DNA of 64,000 bases from Balanoglossus misakiensis. Taxonomy: Eukaryota; Animalia; Hemichordata. The stretch lies in the NCBI GenBank assembly GCA_040954595.2, contig CM082596.2:8941124-9005123 (forward strand). Direction: 5' to 3'. The notes beneath the pieces were generated by a model. It was not told the origin of the DNA and ran no database searches. It was given only the letters and a program-made list of their open reading frames with translations. The first letter of the stretch is position 1. Every line of letters begins with the position of its first letter. Below, piece by piece: positions 13,501-25,444 of the stretch. Both the position numbers and the translations under genes were made by a program.

Positions 13501-15630
13501 AAATTCCCCGAAATCAACATTTGTACGTGAGTTAATTGTACCCATCTTTTGCGTCTGTTCTGTCCTTTCAGTCTGTTTTCAAGTTCAACCTGGCATGTTT
13601 ATTGTAAGTAAACAAACGTGGTATTTCATCTTTGTATAACTAGATCCCCATCACAAATGAATATTTCGCTGTGAAATTATCTTTGAATACATCATTTTCC
13701 ATCAAAACTGTGAAAATATCATTGTCGTATTGCTGTTCGATGCAATGTAGAGTCGAACTCTTCTCCAGAAAGTTAGAGTTAACTCTTATATATTTACCTT
13801 CGATTACATATAGTATCTCAATACGCATTCTTCCAGTCTGGACAAATCTTACTCCTCAGAACGGATTTGTTCATGCGTTGCTTCACAATTACAATGTATA
13901 TAGTGTTTCCAACTTTGCGTACTTTACGTTATCGTTCATACGTTTATATTATTTGGTTTTATATCAAGCAAAAGTCTGGGAAATATTAATTTTCTGTGTA
14001 AAACGAATGCAAACAACCAAGGTGGCGTTTAATATTAGTCTGGTTTCAAATATAATAGAAGTATAAATCAGATTATGACCTACGTACTTCTGCACCTCCT
14101 TAATTTTGTAGTGTATAGATAATATTCGTGTAATAAACGTTACCATGGACTTTTTAAAGCGAATTCATTTTCGAGGTTAACGTTCCCGATCTAGGAGGAA
14201 AGAAACTTTTTGTGGAAAGTTTTTTTTGCGTTTCCCTAGTAGAACTGTTCTATTTTGTGTATATCATGTTTTAAATAAGGAAATGTAATACACGTATACG
14301 TTTTATTTCAGTGCAACATATATGGCAGGTCGGAGAGCCTGACTCCGAAATACGGACTGCACAGAGAAGACGCACATATTTGATCTGTATTTCAAATGCA
14401 CACATTAATTTCGACGTATTTTAACTTGTTACTCAATATAAGTCAAAGTCCGTTCATGTATTTGATGAGTAACCACCATTTTATTTCAGTGCAACAAATA
14501 TGGCAGGTCAGAGAGTCTCCGAACAACATATATGGCAGCTCGGAGAGCCAGCTGACTCCGAAATACGGACTGCACAGAGAACGGACGTAAATTGTCCTTT
14601 TATTTCAAATACACACATTAATTACGACAGACCGTGACGTATCCTCATTCTTTATTCAATGTAAATAGTAGCCCGTTCACGTATTTCATGAGTATAACAC
14701 CCAATTTCATAGAAACAACAAATATGGCAGGTCAGAGAGTCTCCGACATATATACAACAAATATCGCAGGTTGGAGTCTCTTACTTTGAAATGCCAGGGC
14801 GCTCCACAGAGAAACGTTCCAAACTGTCTGTTAAATATTTCTATACTTACGGTAATTTCAACCGTGACGTATTCTAACTCATTATTCAATGTAAGTAGTT
14901 GCCCGTTCACGTATTTCATGAGGAAAGCTAGAGGATGTCCCTATCATCACATTATAATACTTGTGTTTGCGTAGCCTCAGCCATGGTATACAATTCCTGG
15001 GCGTGGCCTAAGTGGACCTGCCACCATGGGCAACGTATGTGGGAGGTCTGCAACAAATATGGCAGGTCGGCCATGTTATACATTTCCTGCCATATTTGTT
15101 GCAGACCTGCCATATACGTTGGCTACCAACGTATAAGGCAGGTCTCTTTGACGCGCGTAGTACTCTACTGGAGAAAGAGGGTCTGGCGAAACCCCATAGA
15201 CAAATCTCCGGGCAAAGATGGCCGACTCGGGCCAAAAGCGATGCATGATGGTTGCAGACTCGAACATTAAAAATACATGCTGAGACGTGCTAGACCTGCT
15301 GAAACTGTTTACAAATTGAAAAGAGAAAGATAAGTTTGGTAAATAGTTTTCTAATATCGTCATATCATAATATCGTATGGTTTCCCCAGACCCTCTTTCT
15401 GGATTGCCCAACAGAAGAAGCAGGGGGGTCTGGGTAACCGAGACTAATGTAAACATGTGACAGGAGCATTCATCTATATTCTGGGCTTCCGAACACAAGA
15501 TTAAAGCTCCCCTTCACCAGATTTGCTTGAACTTGATGATCGGACGAGCTAAAAGGTTTACATGTCCCAACTAAAGCCAGTTGCGTTACAGGTGAATTTC
15601 CCCACAATGCCATGTGAGGGCGAAACAAGC

Positions 15631-17239
15631 ATAATCTGCTGGAAAGTGTAAAGAAGCTGAAAAGAAAAGTAAAGTTTCTAAGAAGCAAGATAGTGAAACT
15701 GCAAGCACAGAACCTGAAGAAACAACGATTTTCGATGAGTGACATTAAGTCATGCGACAAGAGTGTTCAATTCTACACAGGGTTTCCTTCTTACCATTGC
15801 CTCGACTTAGTATTTCAGCGTTTGGTGAAACCACTGGCTGTAAAATTGACTACAAATACAAGAGCCAGACACGTGGTCAAACCCTGGCATAAAAGAGGGA
15901 AGAAACCAAGCCGTCCCCGCAAGTTATCCCTTGAAGACGAATTTCTGTTGGTCCTGATGAAAGTGAAACTTGGACTTCTGGATCAGGACCTTGGAGACAG
16001 ATTTGGGATCAGCAGATCACTAACAAGCCTCATAGTATCTCGATGGATTCCAGTTGTGTCGAAGTGTTTGCAGCCATTAATTACATGGCCTTCAAAGGAA
16101 AAGGTAAGATTTGTCTGTTTCTTCACTTACTCCTTTTAATTGAATACATTTCATCAAAAGTAAAACATAGGAAAAACAACCATCCATCATGTTATAAAAC
16201 TCTTAGTTCTACTCGCCAAAAATTGAACAGGTGTCCTTATGTATTGCTGCCTTTGCTTTTGCATTGAGTCATTATATTTACAGTATAGTACACTTTGTTT
16301 TCTTTCAGGTGCGTGCATGTATGCCTGCAGCATTCAGAGCAAAGTATCCTGCCACTAGGGTTATCATAGACTGCACGGAGATATTCATTGAACGTCCAAG
16401 TAATGTGGTCGCCAGACAGAAAACGTATTCGAATTACAAATCGCACAATACCATGAAGATTCTTATCGGCATTTCTCCATCGGGTGCTATCACTACTGTG
16501 TCAAAGCTGTGGGGAGGAAGGGCATCGGACAGGACCATCGTTGTAAATTCTGGTAAGAGCTGTAAAATGGATTTGTTTATTTTACAATTAAATAACCTAT
16601 TTTTGCAGAACTAAAGTTTAGCACTTCTGTGTTGTTTCTTTCTCTTAACGTGTCAGAATTACAGCAGGAAATACATATTTTTTATAATATATGATGTGTT
16701 ATTAAAGCTCTTAGCTACCCTAGCTGCAACTGTTTATTTTCAGTATTAAGAGTACATGTTTGCTGTAAATATTTTTAGTTTTGCATGTCATGTTTCCTTT
16801 CTAGTGGATTCTCCGAGACATACAAAACTATACATTATATTACATGTACTTGTGAGTGCAGAGAAATGACTGTTTCCATGTACACTCTTTGTTTTAATCA
16901 AAAACAGGACTCCTTGACCAGTTGGAATATGGTGATCAAGTGATGGCGGACAGAGGGTTTGCAATTAGCGATGTCCTGGCAGAAAGAGGCTGCACTCTGA
17001 ACATCCCACCATTTACCCGAGGAAAAACACAACTTAGCCAAATTGAAGTGGAGAAAGGGCGCCAAATTTCAACCCTAAGAATTCATGTGGAGCGGGCAAT
17101 TCAACGTATAAAGAAGTTCCGAATTCTTCAAGGCGTGTTCCCACTGAAGAGAGTTTATTTACTGCATGACATTTTCATAATTTGCTCGGCCATCTCAAAT
17201 ATGCAGCCTCCTCTGGTGAAAGACAACAGGCCTGGTTGA
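15631..17239 (+). pseudogene. Harbinger/ISL2EU DDE transposase lacking its N-terminus; exons 15631-16103, 16309-16552, 16908-17239
   Basis: Coiled coil, V.FYTG, HTH (EDEFLLVLMK..LG...DLGDRFGIS), catalytic IIDCTE, MADRGF, RIHVERAI; GT-AG introns in matching phase. Confidence 0.9.
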
Positions 17240-17822
17240 GATCAGATGTGTCATTTACAGGGACTTAACAAACATTCTGAGTTGACCAAAAAGGTAGAAA
17301 GTTGGGATCAAAGGAGAATAATCCTGTTGAAAATTTTCAAAAATGACACATAGCTGGGGAGTGTTTAATATATTATCTATGGCATAGTCCCCCTATCATG
17401 ATGAATTGTTGAAAGGCATTGCTTGCATTTTGAGTGACTGACTGCTGTATTTTTCATGCTATGTATATTAACACTGATTTTTCGAATAGCAAAAATGTAA
17501 TATCAAGAAATCAAGAATGTGCTGTCTGCACTGTTGAGTCTTTAAAAGTTATAGGGTGTACCATCCTTAACTTGATATATGAATAAGACACTCATTTGTC
17601 ACTAATGTTTATGTATAGTGTTGCAATTTTAATATTTTTTCCTCACAATTGTTAATAAACTTAAATGACACTTAAATGACATGAATTGTGAATTGGATTG
17701 TCTTGTTCTACTCCTCATAAAGTGGAGATGTGAACAGGTATGTACTTGTTGCAGAAGATTGTGGTGTTCTCATGTGTGGATACTACCTTTGTGCATGACT
17801 GTACAAGCACATTTTTTATTAA

Positions 17823-18169
17823 AGGGACAAAGCCTCTCTCCAGCTGCCCCTTTTCCATTAACTATGTTTGATACAAGACACTGGTTATGTTAATGTAAAT
17901 CTGGATATATAGTGAATTAATGATCAACCACACAAAACTTCCATCCCACTTGTATGATATGAGAGTAAAAACTCGCTCAAAATGAATAAATGGTAAAGAA
18001 CGATTATTCATTTTGGCGAGTTTTTTCACTCTCCTGTCTATAAGAGGGATGGAAGTTGTGTGTGGTTGAATGTTCATTCACTATATATCCACGTGTAGAA
18101 TAACAAACAGTGTCTTGTATCAAATATAATTAATGGAAAAAAGGGCAGCGAGAGAGAGACTTTGTCCCT
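17823..18169. mobile_element. Kolobok-like palindromic MITE nested between the two ISL2EU genes
   Basis: TTAA|AGGGACAAAG...CTTTGTCCCT|TTAA; same family as the MITE in the lectin gene intron. Confidence 0.78.
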
Positions 18170-18475
18170 TTAATCTCATGGATTTCTCAAAGGGTAACAG
18201 TGAAAAACTTACAGTAACAGGCCAATCGATTGTTCCTCAATATAATATATTTCATTTATTGCACAATAAATTTTTCTTTGAAGTATTAAGAAATTGAAAT
18301 CCAATGTAAGAGTTCATGTCAATGAAATTTCATCAAACTGTTGATGGAAACAATAAATACACTAGTGTAAATGTTTGGCCCCCAAAAAGATTCCAAAAAC
18401 AGGCTGCCCACGAGTCTACTGTTATGTACTGCAGAACCACACTGGGATATAATTTGACAAATAATATGTATCAGG

Positions 18476-21260
18476 CTAGGTGCACTGGTTACAAAACCAG
18501 TCTCCAGACAAACAGCTGTCAGTTCCTGTCACTCCAACGCACGAAAAATGAAACCAAACATCACATCGGTCACAAGCAACGGCATGGTTCTTCACTGCAC
18601 GGCTGCATACACCGCATGGCCATCGGCACTTTCTGCGTTTTGGTGAGCTTGAACAGGCTGGCTGTGGCTGACATCTTCTGGACTTTGGTTTGCTGCGTCT
18701 GCTGGACGAATTCGACTGGTGATTATGTGATGAACTTGCTGATGATGTGGGTAATTGTGCAGTTGTTGATGAATTACGGCGTGGTGATGATTGTGCTGAT
18801 GGTAGTCCAGGTTGTTCTTCAAGTGTTGCTGCTGATGAGCCTGGTTGTGGTGAAGACGGATGCGTTCCGGGTTGTGGGGAAATGGTTGTAATCTGGCTTG
18901 TGACATGGGTTGGTGAGCCGAAGCCATCTGCCATCTGGGTAGACCCTCCATCACTGACTTCATCTACTATCTGGGGAATCACATGTCTTAAATAGAAGGC
19001 ATCGATGTTCTTCTTCAGTCTCTCCCAAAAAAATCTATCAAAGGTGACAGGAATGATAACAAGACCTTTCTTCGTATAAACAATAAAGTCACAGAGATTG
19101 ACATCCGACAAGGCCATCTGCACCTGCACTTGCGTATAGTATTGGTGAGATTTTGACAGCGTGTAGCCTCCTTCACCATCTCTCTTTATGTAAGGAATAA
19201 TACTGTCCGCAGCATCTTGAGGTTTCATGTCCCTTGCTGTGTATGGGCATTTACACTCAAGGACACGGTCAATGCAGCAGTCGCATGAAACCTTCCTATC
19301 AGCTGAGGCACCAATGTGAGAGTCTCCTGGACAAACTGACAAGCCACATCGCTGCACAACTAAATTCTTATGGCATGATGACATGACCTCTACATATCTC
19401 TCGACAGCTATATCTTCATTCTCCCTTCCCCATCGTATTGGTGCTGGTGGATTGTTGTTGTTTATGTTGGAGTGTCCTTTCACTGCATTCATGGTTGTTC
19501 TGCAGGGGGTGTCTCCTCTTCTCTCCATGAAGCGGTGAACAGCGTGTATTTTTGATGCTGTCAATCTGTATTGTCTGTGTTGGTACCAGGCACCACTGCT
19601 ACTCTGTTGGAGGGTGTTGTTGAAGAGCACTGATGCTTGTTCAGAATCAATACTCTGCCGGATTTTCTCAAAAAGTTCGCTGTGTGTCAAGTCATTTTCA
19701 GCCATGCATCTGGCGGCCACTTCAGTAACTGTCTCTGCATTTCTGGTACTGGTTGCCTCTTCATGGAATTCTTCACTCTCAACTGTCTCTACTTCAACCT
19801 CATCTAACACCTCATCAGAAACGGCATCATGGGTTATGCCTGGACTGGGGTCAGCAATTGTATGTAGGGCAGAGTTACCAACAGTAGAAAAGATAGTGTC
19901 CCATACTTCCTGAGGATCAATCTCTGAATCACTCGGTAGGGCTGGTCTGAAGGGTGCTTTGGCTACCTTGCCATATTTAGGATGGTGAAAATCTATTTCA
20001 TCCACAGTAGCAGGCTCAGTCTTCTCGGAGTAAAAGTCATTCCAGACGCATGGGAGGTCTGTACGTGTGTTTGGTCGGTTAACACCTAATTCTGTCGCAC
20101 TTACTATTTTAAATAGCAAGGCACCAATATGGGTACACGCTTCCCCTAACCTGTAACATGAGAAGAAATTCAAAATAAATACAACTCAGAGAAACCAAAA
20201 AAGGTGATGGCAATGAAGTCAAATGCTTGCAAGTATAAATAATTGAAAGTATGATTACATGTCAATTCTTTATAATGTATCACGATAATGACAATAAACC
20301 CCTTTATATTTCAAACACTTTAACTCACCAAGAAAAAATATTCACTTCAAATTATATGACTTATCACACTCTAATTATCTAGACAGTACTCACCCAGCCA
20401 TACACTTGCAACGAGCTCCCTTTATTGACAGGTCTTCTCTGTTGACCATTACCCACACAGCATATGGATCCGTATTTGCCTGGGATCTGCGAACTGTGGT
20501 TTTAATGACTGTGTACGGACTGTTCGGAACTTTGTAAACGTTCAGTTTGTTTACAAAGCCATTCTGCACAAACTGGTATGCATCGAGTGAACGGAATGCT
20601 CTCAGCGAATCCCTTGTGTAAAGTCCTGCAGGGAAATCAATAATCATATCTTAGCATATTTAAATATTTTTGTCAGTGTCAATGACATTTTAACAAAGTC
20701 TCACTGACTGTAACAGTGCAGGAACACTGATGTAGATTGACTCCACAAACTTCCTTTGGTATAGGTACCAATGAAACACTATCACAGTGTATGCTGAATT
20801 TCTCACAAAACATCACATCAATCTGACCAACAAATCCTAAAACGACATTCCCGATTCATTAAGATGTTTAACACCGAACTAAACAAACAAATATAAAAAG
20901 CAATAATATGCACAATATACCTTTGGTATGTATCAGGTAATTAAAAACATCAACATATTCCAGTGGAGGGGTTTGCTGCACATCATCCTTCCAGTGAGAT
21001 GGGTCCAAGCCGTCGGGATCAGGAAGCTGTTGGCCATTCTCTCCTGTCAATATATCTGTCAATCGCTTCTGGCTGTTCAGTTCTGTTTCCAACTGTGATG
21101 GCCGGATTGGTATCTTTAGTTTCCACGCCCAGTATGCTAACGTAGCCAGCTGCTCCTGTTTACCATCTGCTCGCATCCCTCTGTGGCCTAGATATTTCTT
21201 CAGCTCTTTAACTGTGTATTCCAAGAAATGATCAACAGTTAGATTATCAGAATTATCCAT
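18476..21260 (-). CDS. ISL2EU ORF2, ~748 aa: SAP-like N-terminus, SWIM zinc finger, YqaJ/lambda-exonuclease-like domain, C-terminal PHD finger; exons 21260-20921, 20625-20394, 20150-18476
   Basis: TVKELKKYL..RG motif; CKCMAG|LGEACTH (SWIM, split by intron); W...R..RLTAS, WG..NE, GASAD, ECKCP, YY.QVQ.QM; CxxC...CxxC..WFH..C...WFCxxC; phases 1 and 2 match, no stops. Confidence 0.88.
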
Positions 21261-23662
21261 ATCAGGAAAAAAAGCAACACTCTTACTATAGAAAAGCAAA
21301 AAAATAACTATCTTAGATTAGGGTTATGAAAAATAAAAAACAGTTAACACAATCTCTGGTTAGGATTACAAAAAATGTAAAAATGTATTAGTCCCAGCAA
21401 AATTAGGATATTAATATTAATATGCAATTAATAACAGTTAGGCTTAACTTATGTCAATATATCTATAAAGTTACAGATTAAAAGTTAACAATACCACTAT
21501 TACATCAATAAATTAAGAAAACACAATAGGGAGGACTAAAACACTGACAATGTTAATGACTTTTACAACAGTATAATGGGATGTTGAGGAAACAATATAT
21601 GTAGCTCAAATAATTATAAAACAACAATAAACTGACAAATATAAAAATTGCACTGTTATAAATATAAAAGACTAGTCGGCCAAACGTTTCACCAAACCCT
21701 TTCCACTGGAAACTACAGGTCAGGAAATACACTGAAAGGAAGAAAAAATATGACAAAACACTTGATCAGCTACTTTCAATGATTTGAAAATAGTAAACTT
21801 AAGCTGTGAAACTGTAAACTAGACTATCAGAACACAGAAAAAGTCTATGTTACAGATGTATGCGCCACGCCCCCTTTCAGAAACACCACCCTGTGCTTGC
21901 AAAGTTCATAGCTAAGCTATCAAAAGTTGGACTTGGTTTTCTCTTTTTTTTAAAAAAAGAAGGAAAATATCTTACAGACTCTAAATAATTTGAGAGTAGG
22001 TAGGTCAGGTTGAGACACGGGAATACCCCCACCCCAAGTAAACTAGACTATCAGAACACACTGTCAAGCCTATGTTACAGATGTATGTGCCACACCCCCT
22101 TTCATAACAGGATCTTGCCAAAGTCTTGATCATTTTTGTTTCTGAATTGAGAAGACAATTTGAGAGAAAGTACCTGCATTGCATCTGATGATTTTCATAT
22201 ACAACTACAAGTGCAAGTGTTACACATCCTGTTGTTTGTTATGCTAATAAGTGTCACACACAAATGAAAAGAAAGTGTGAACCTGTGCTTTCAAAGTTCA
22301 CAGCCAAGCTTTCAAAAGAGGGGCTTGGTGTTTTCTAAAAACAAACATCTTTCAAAAAAAGAACAAAAAATATCTTACAGACTCTAAATAATTTGAGAGT
22401 AGGTAGGTCAGGTTGAGACACGGGAATACCCCCACCCCAAGTAAACTAGACTATCAGAACACAGTGTCAAGCCTCTGTTACAGATGTATGTGCCACACCC
22501 CCTTTCATAACAGGATCTTGCCAAAGTCTTGATCATTTTTGTTTCTGAATTGAGAAGACAATTTGAGAGAAAGTACCTGCATTGCATCTGATGATTTTCA
22601 TATACAACTACAAGTGCAAGTGTTACACATCCTGTTGTTTGTTATGCTAATAAGTGTCACACACAAATGAAAAGAAAGTGTGAACCTGTGCTTTCAAAGT
22701 TCACAGCCAAGCTTTCAAAAGAGGGACTTGGTGTTGTTTAGCAAACTTAGTTTTTCACGAGAAGGAAAGAACGAAAATGTTGAAAAATCAGCAACTTTGA
22801 GCAATTACAAAAAGGTAAGAGCAATCAGCAAGTTGGTTGGCAAGGGGATTCGGAAGGGGATGTGTTTTCTGAACTTTCAGTCAAGTGATGAGGCTGTGAG
22901 AACTGGACGCTCAAAGTGGAAGACAAGTAACTAGAACGGAAAGAAAACAAAGTTGCTGAATCCACCGTGTTCGGGTGTACTCTGATCTGGTCTCACTATT
23001 CAGAAACTGGCAAATTCAGACATACACGAGAGTAAGAACTGGTTCGCCGGAGCGAAAAGTAAAAAACATAAGTGTACAACTTACCTCCTGCACTGCAGTG
23101 CTCCGATGTCTTTGGCCTTTAAAAAACTCTCAAAAATCTTCTAGAAAAACGATGACAGACGAACGACGACGATAAAAACGGTAGACAAGAACTAAAAGTA
23201 GGTATGCAAGGAATATCTGTTGTAAAAAGCGATCGTAAACGATGGCGAGCGTGAGCGTTTGCATAGCGATGTTGACGTAAGAACGTGAACGGCGCAACTG
23301 ACGTACCCGCGAGATGTCCGATCCCTAGGCCCTCCAATCGGCCCCGAGCTATCCCACAAAACACCGCGTTTTCCAAGATGGCGGTAAAGACAAACCTGGC
23401 CTATAACAGTCCCTCGGGCCTTACGGCCCACGCACCACGAAACGCCGAATCGGGCCTTCGGCCCTCAAAAGATACGGACCTTACGGCCCTCGCACGAAAC
23501 GCCGAATCGATACACATTAGGCGCGAGGGACTGTCGACAGTATAGGCAAAATCGAAACAAGCAATTGTCCCGGGTTCGATTCCCGGCCAACGCATGTATT
23601 TTTTTGCAGTAAACATGTATGTTGGGCAAGAATTGGCGTGCAGACGGCATCTCTCCCAACAG

Positions 23663-23734
23663 GCGTTGGTGGTGTAGTGGTTAACATAGTTGCCTTCCAA
23701 GCAATTGTCCCGGGTTCGATTCCCGGCCAACGCA
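23663..23734 (+). tRNA. tRNA-Gly(TCC)
   Basis: 72 nt GCGTTGG...CCAACGCA cloverleaf, A box TAGTGG, anticodon loop CTTCCAA, B box GGTTCGATTCC, downstream T7 terminator. Confidence 0.88.
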
Positions 23735-23802
23735 TGTATTTTTTTGCAGTAAACATGTATGTTGGGCAAGAATTGGCATGCAGACGACATCTCTCCCAAC
23801 AG

Positions 23803-23874
23803 GCGTTGGTGGTGTAGTGGTTAACATAGTTGCCTTCCAAGCAATTGTCCCGGGTTCGATTCCCGGCCAACGCA
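23803..23874 (+). tRNA. tRNA-Gly(TCC), second copy in a 140-bp tandem repeat
   Basis: Identical to 23663-23734. Confidence 0.88.
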
Positions 23875-23942
23875 TGTATTTTTTTGCAGTAAACATTTAT
23901 GTTGGGCAAGAATTGGCATGCAGACGACATCTCTCCCAACAG

Positions 23943-24001
23943 GCGTTGGTGGTGTAGTGGTTAACAAGCAACTGTCCTGGGTTCGATTCCCGGCCAACGC
24001 A
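23943..24001 (+). pseudogene. tRNA-Gly pseudogene lacking 13 nt of the anticodon arm (also at 39969-40027 and 55400-55458)
   Basis: GGTTAAC joined to AAGCAA; ATAGTTGCCTTCC missing. Confidence 0.85.
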
Positions 24002-25444
24002 GATTTTTTTGCAGTTGGATATTTCTTATCAGATAATATTCACTTACTCACTCACTCACTCAATTCACTCACTCACTCACTCACTGAAGTCTGAAACACC
24101 ATGTATGGCTTGTTCTCTCGTTCATATAATTTTGAAACGGTCCACTTTTGAAAAACACATTTCACATTCTCTGCACAAATCCCCACGTTTTACTTAAAAA
24201 ACGGACACGAAAACACCGAGAGCAGTATCAGAATGTATTTTGCAACGTTATGACTACGCATACTTGCTGAAAAAAAATGAACCCGTTGTACGTGTCGCGA
24301 TTTGCAAATAGTCCACACGTTAACGTTTCCATCAGCACACTTTCTCATCAACTGCAAGTCCAAGTAAAATTGACAGACAACTGGAACACAGTGCGTGAAT
24401 TGATATTTTAATTAAAGACGAAAAGAAAAGTGACAGCAAACATCAAGTAGACCGTCTCAAAAAACATCAGTTGCTGTTCAAGATTAGGTATTAACTTGTT
24501 TGACGGACAGAAACTAAACTGCAAAATGGAAGCAGTTGTGCTAACTCTATGGCATTGAATGCTGCGCATGCCTACTGGCAAGCATAGATTTCCACTCTCA
24601 TGGAGATATGACGATTCCAGGTAACTGGATAAAACCGGACAGACTCTGCTGTGAAAGCCTTGTCTCCCAATTCATGGTAGACAATTGTGTCCCGGTCAGA
24701 AATCGCAACGAAAATCTGAAACGTAAAACATGATAGTGTTTTCAGTTGATATAGGAAAGCTGGCCTTTCTGTAGGTTTACGCAATACACTGATGTAAGCG
24801 GTGATAGCCACCCCTTATATTTATTGTGCCAAAATTACTACCAATAATATATCCCAGAAATGTGTTTCCTTATTCTTTTCAGTCGTGTGTATGGTGTACA
24901 CTGTGCGCATCTTTAATATATCTTTAATATATATGTATGAACATTGTCAGGTTCTTCGAATCGGACATTGTGAAGTTCATACCTTTTCAGAGCCATCGTC
25001 CCGAGTCACATATGTCCATTGACCGTGTTCCTTCTGGTAGCCGAGTTTGAATGATGTCACCCACTGAGAATAATCACTTCACTCCTAAATTTAACAAGAA
25101 GAAAAGCGTGGTCACCATAAAATGTGCAAAATTCGGTTGAAACCGTTGGTACGTTGCGTTACAATGAGATACTATCTCGTTATAACGAGATAATTTTTTA
25201 TTTCTTGCTTTACAAAATGGCGTTTACGGGCTTTCATACTTTTACTATTCAGTCAATTTGGGTGTTTTTTACCGACGATCGACAGTACTGTGTTATTTAA
25301 AACCGCATCACACCGCGATAATTAATCCGCATATGCTAATGAGCTAATGAATATTCATTAGGACCATATATATAGTACGTTCGGTACCTAGAGCACACTT
25401 CCCACACTTCAACCACGAGAGCAGGTGCAGCGGCAGAGGAGAGC

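Larger units (their letters stand above)
15631..23401. mobile_element. ISL2EU-type DNA transposon, left end deleted
   Basis: Convergent Harbinger-type DDE transposase and YqaJ nuclease genes; right terminus ...GACAAACCTGGCC followed by TATA; host sequence resumes at the empty-site sequence AAGC-TATA-ACAG. Confidence 0.88.
11902..23544. mobile_element. Non-autonomous hAT-like foldback element (~3.9 kb without the nested ISL2EU)
   Basis: 8-bp TSD GGCAAAAT (11894-11901, 23545-23552; empty site visible at ~11794), termini TAGACTGTCGACA...TGTCGACAGT(C/A)TA, >200-bp TIRs, mirrored subterminal GACCTGCCATAT repeat arrays, no transposase. Confidence 0.8.

Noticed and set aside
23553-24001. CRISPR-like array or protein-coding repeat ORFs
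   Set aside because: The units are tRNA-Gly genes with near-identical spacers
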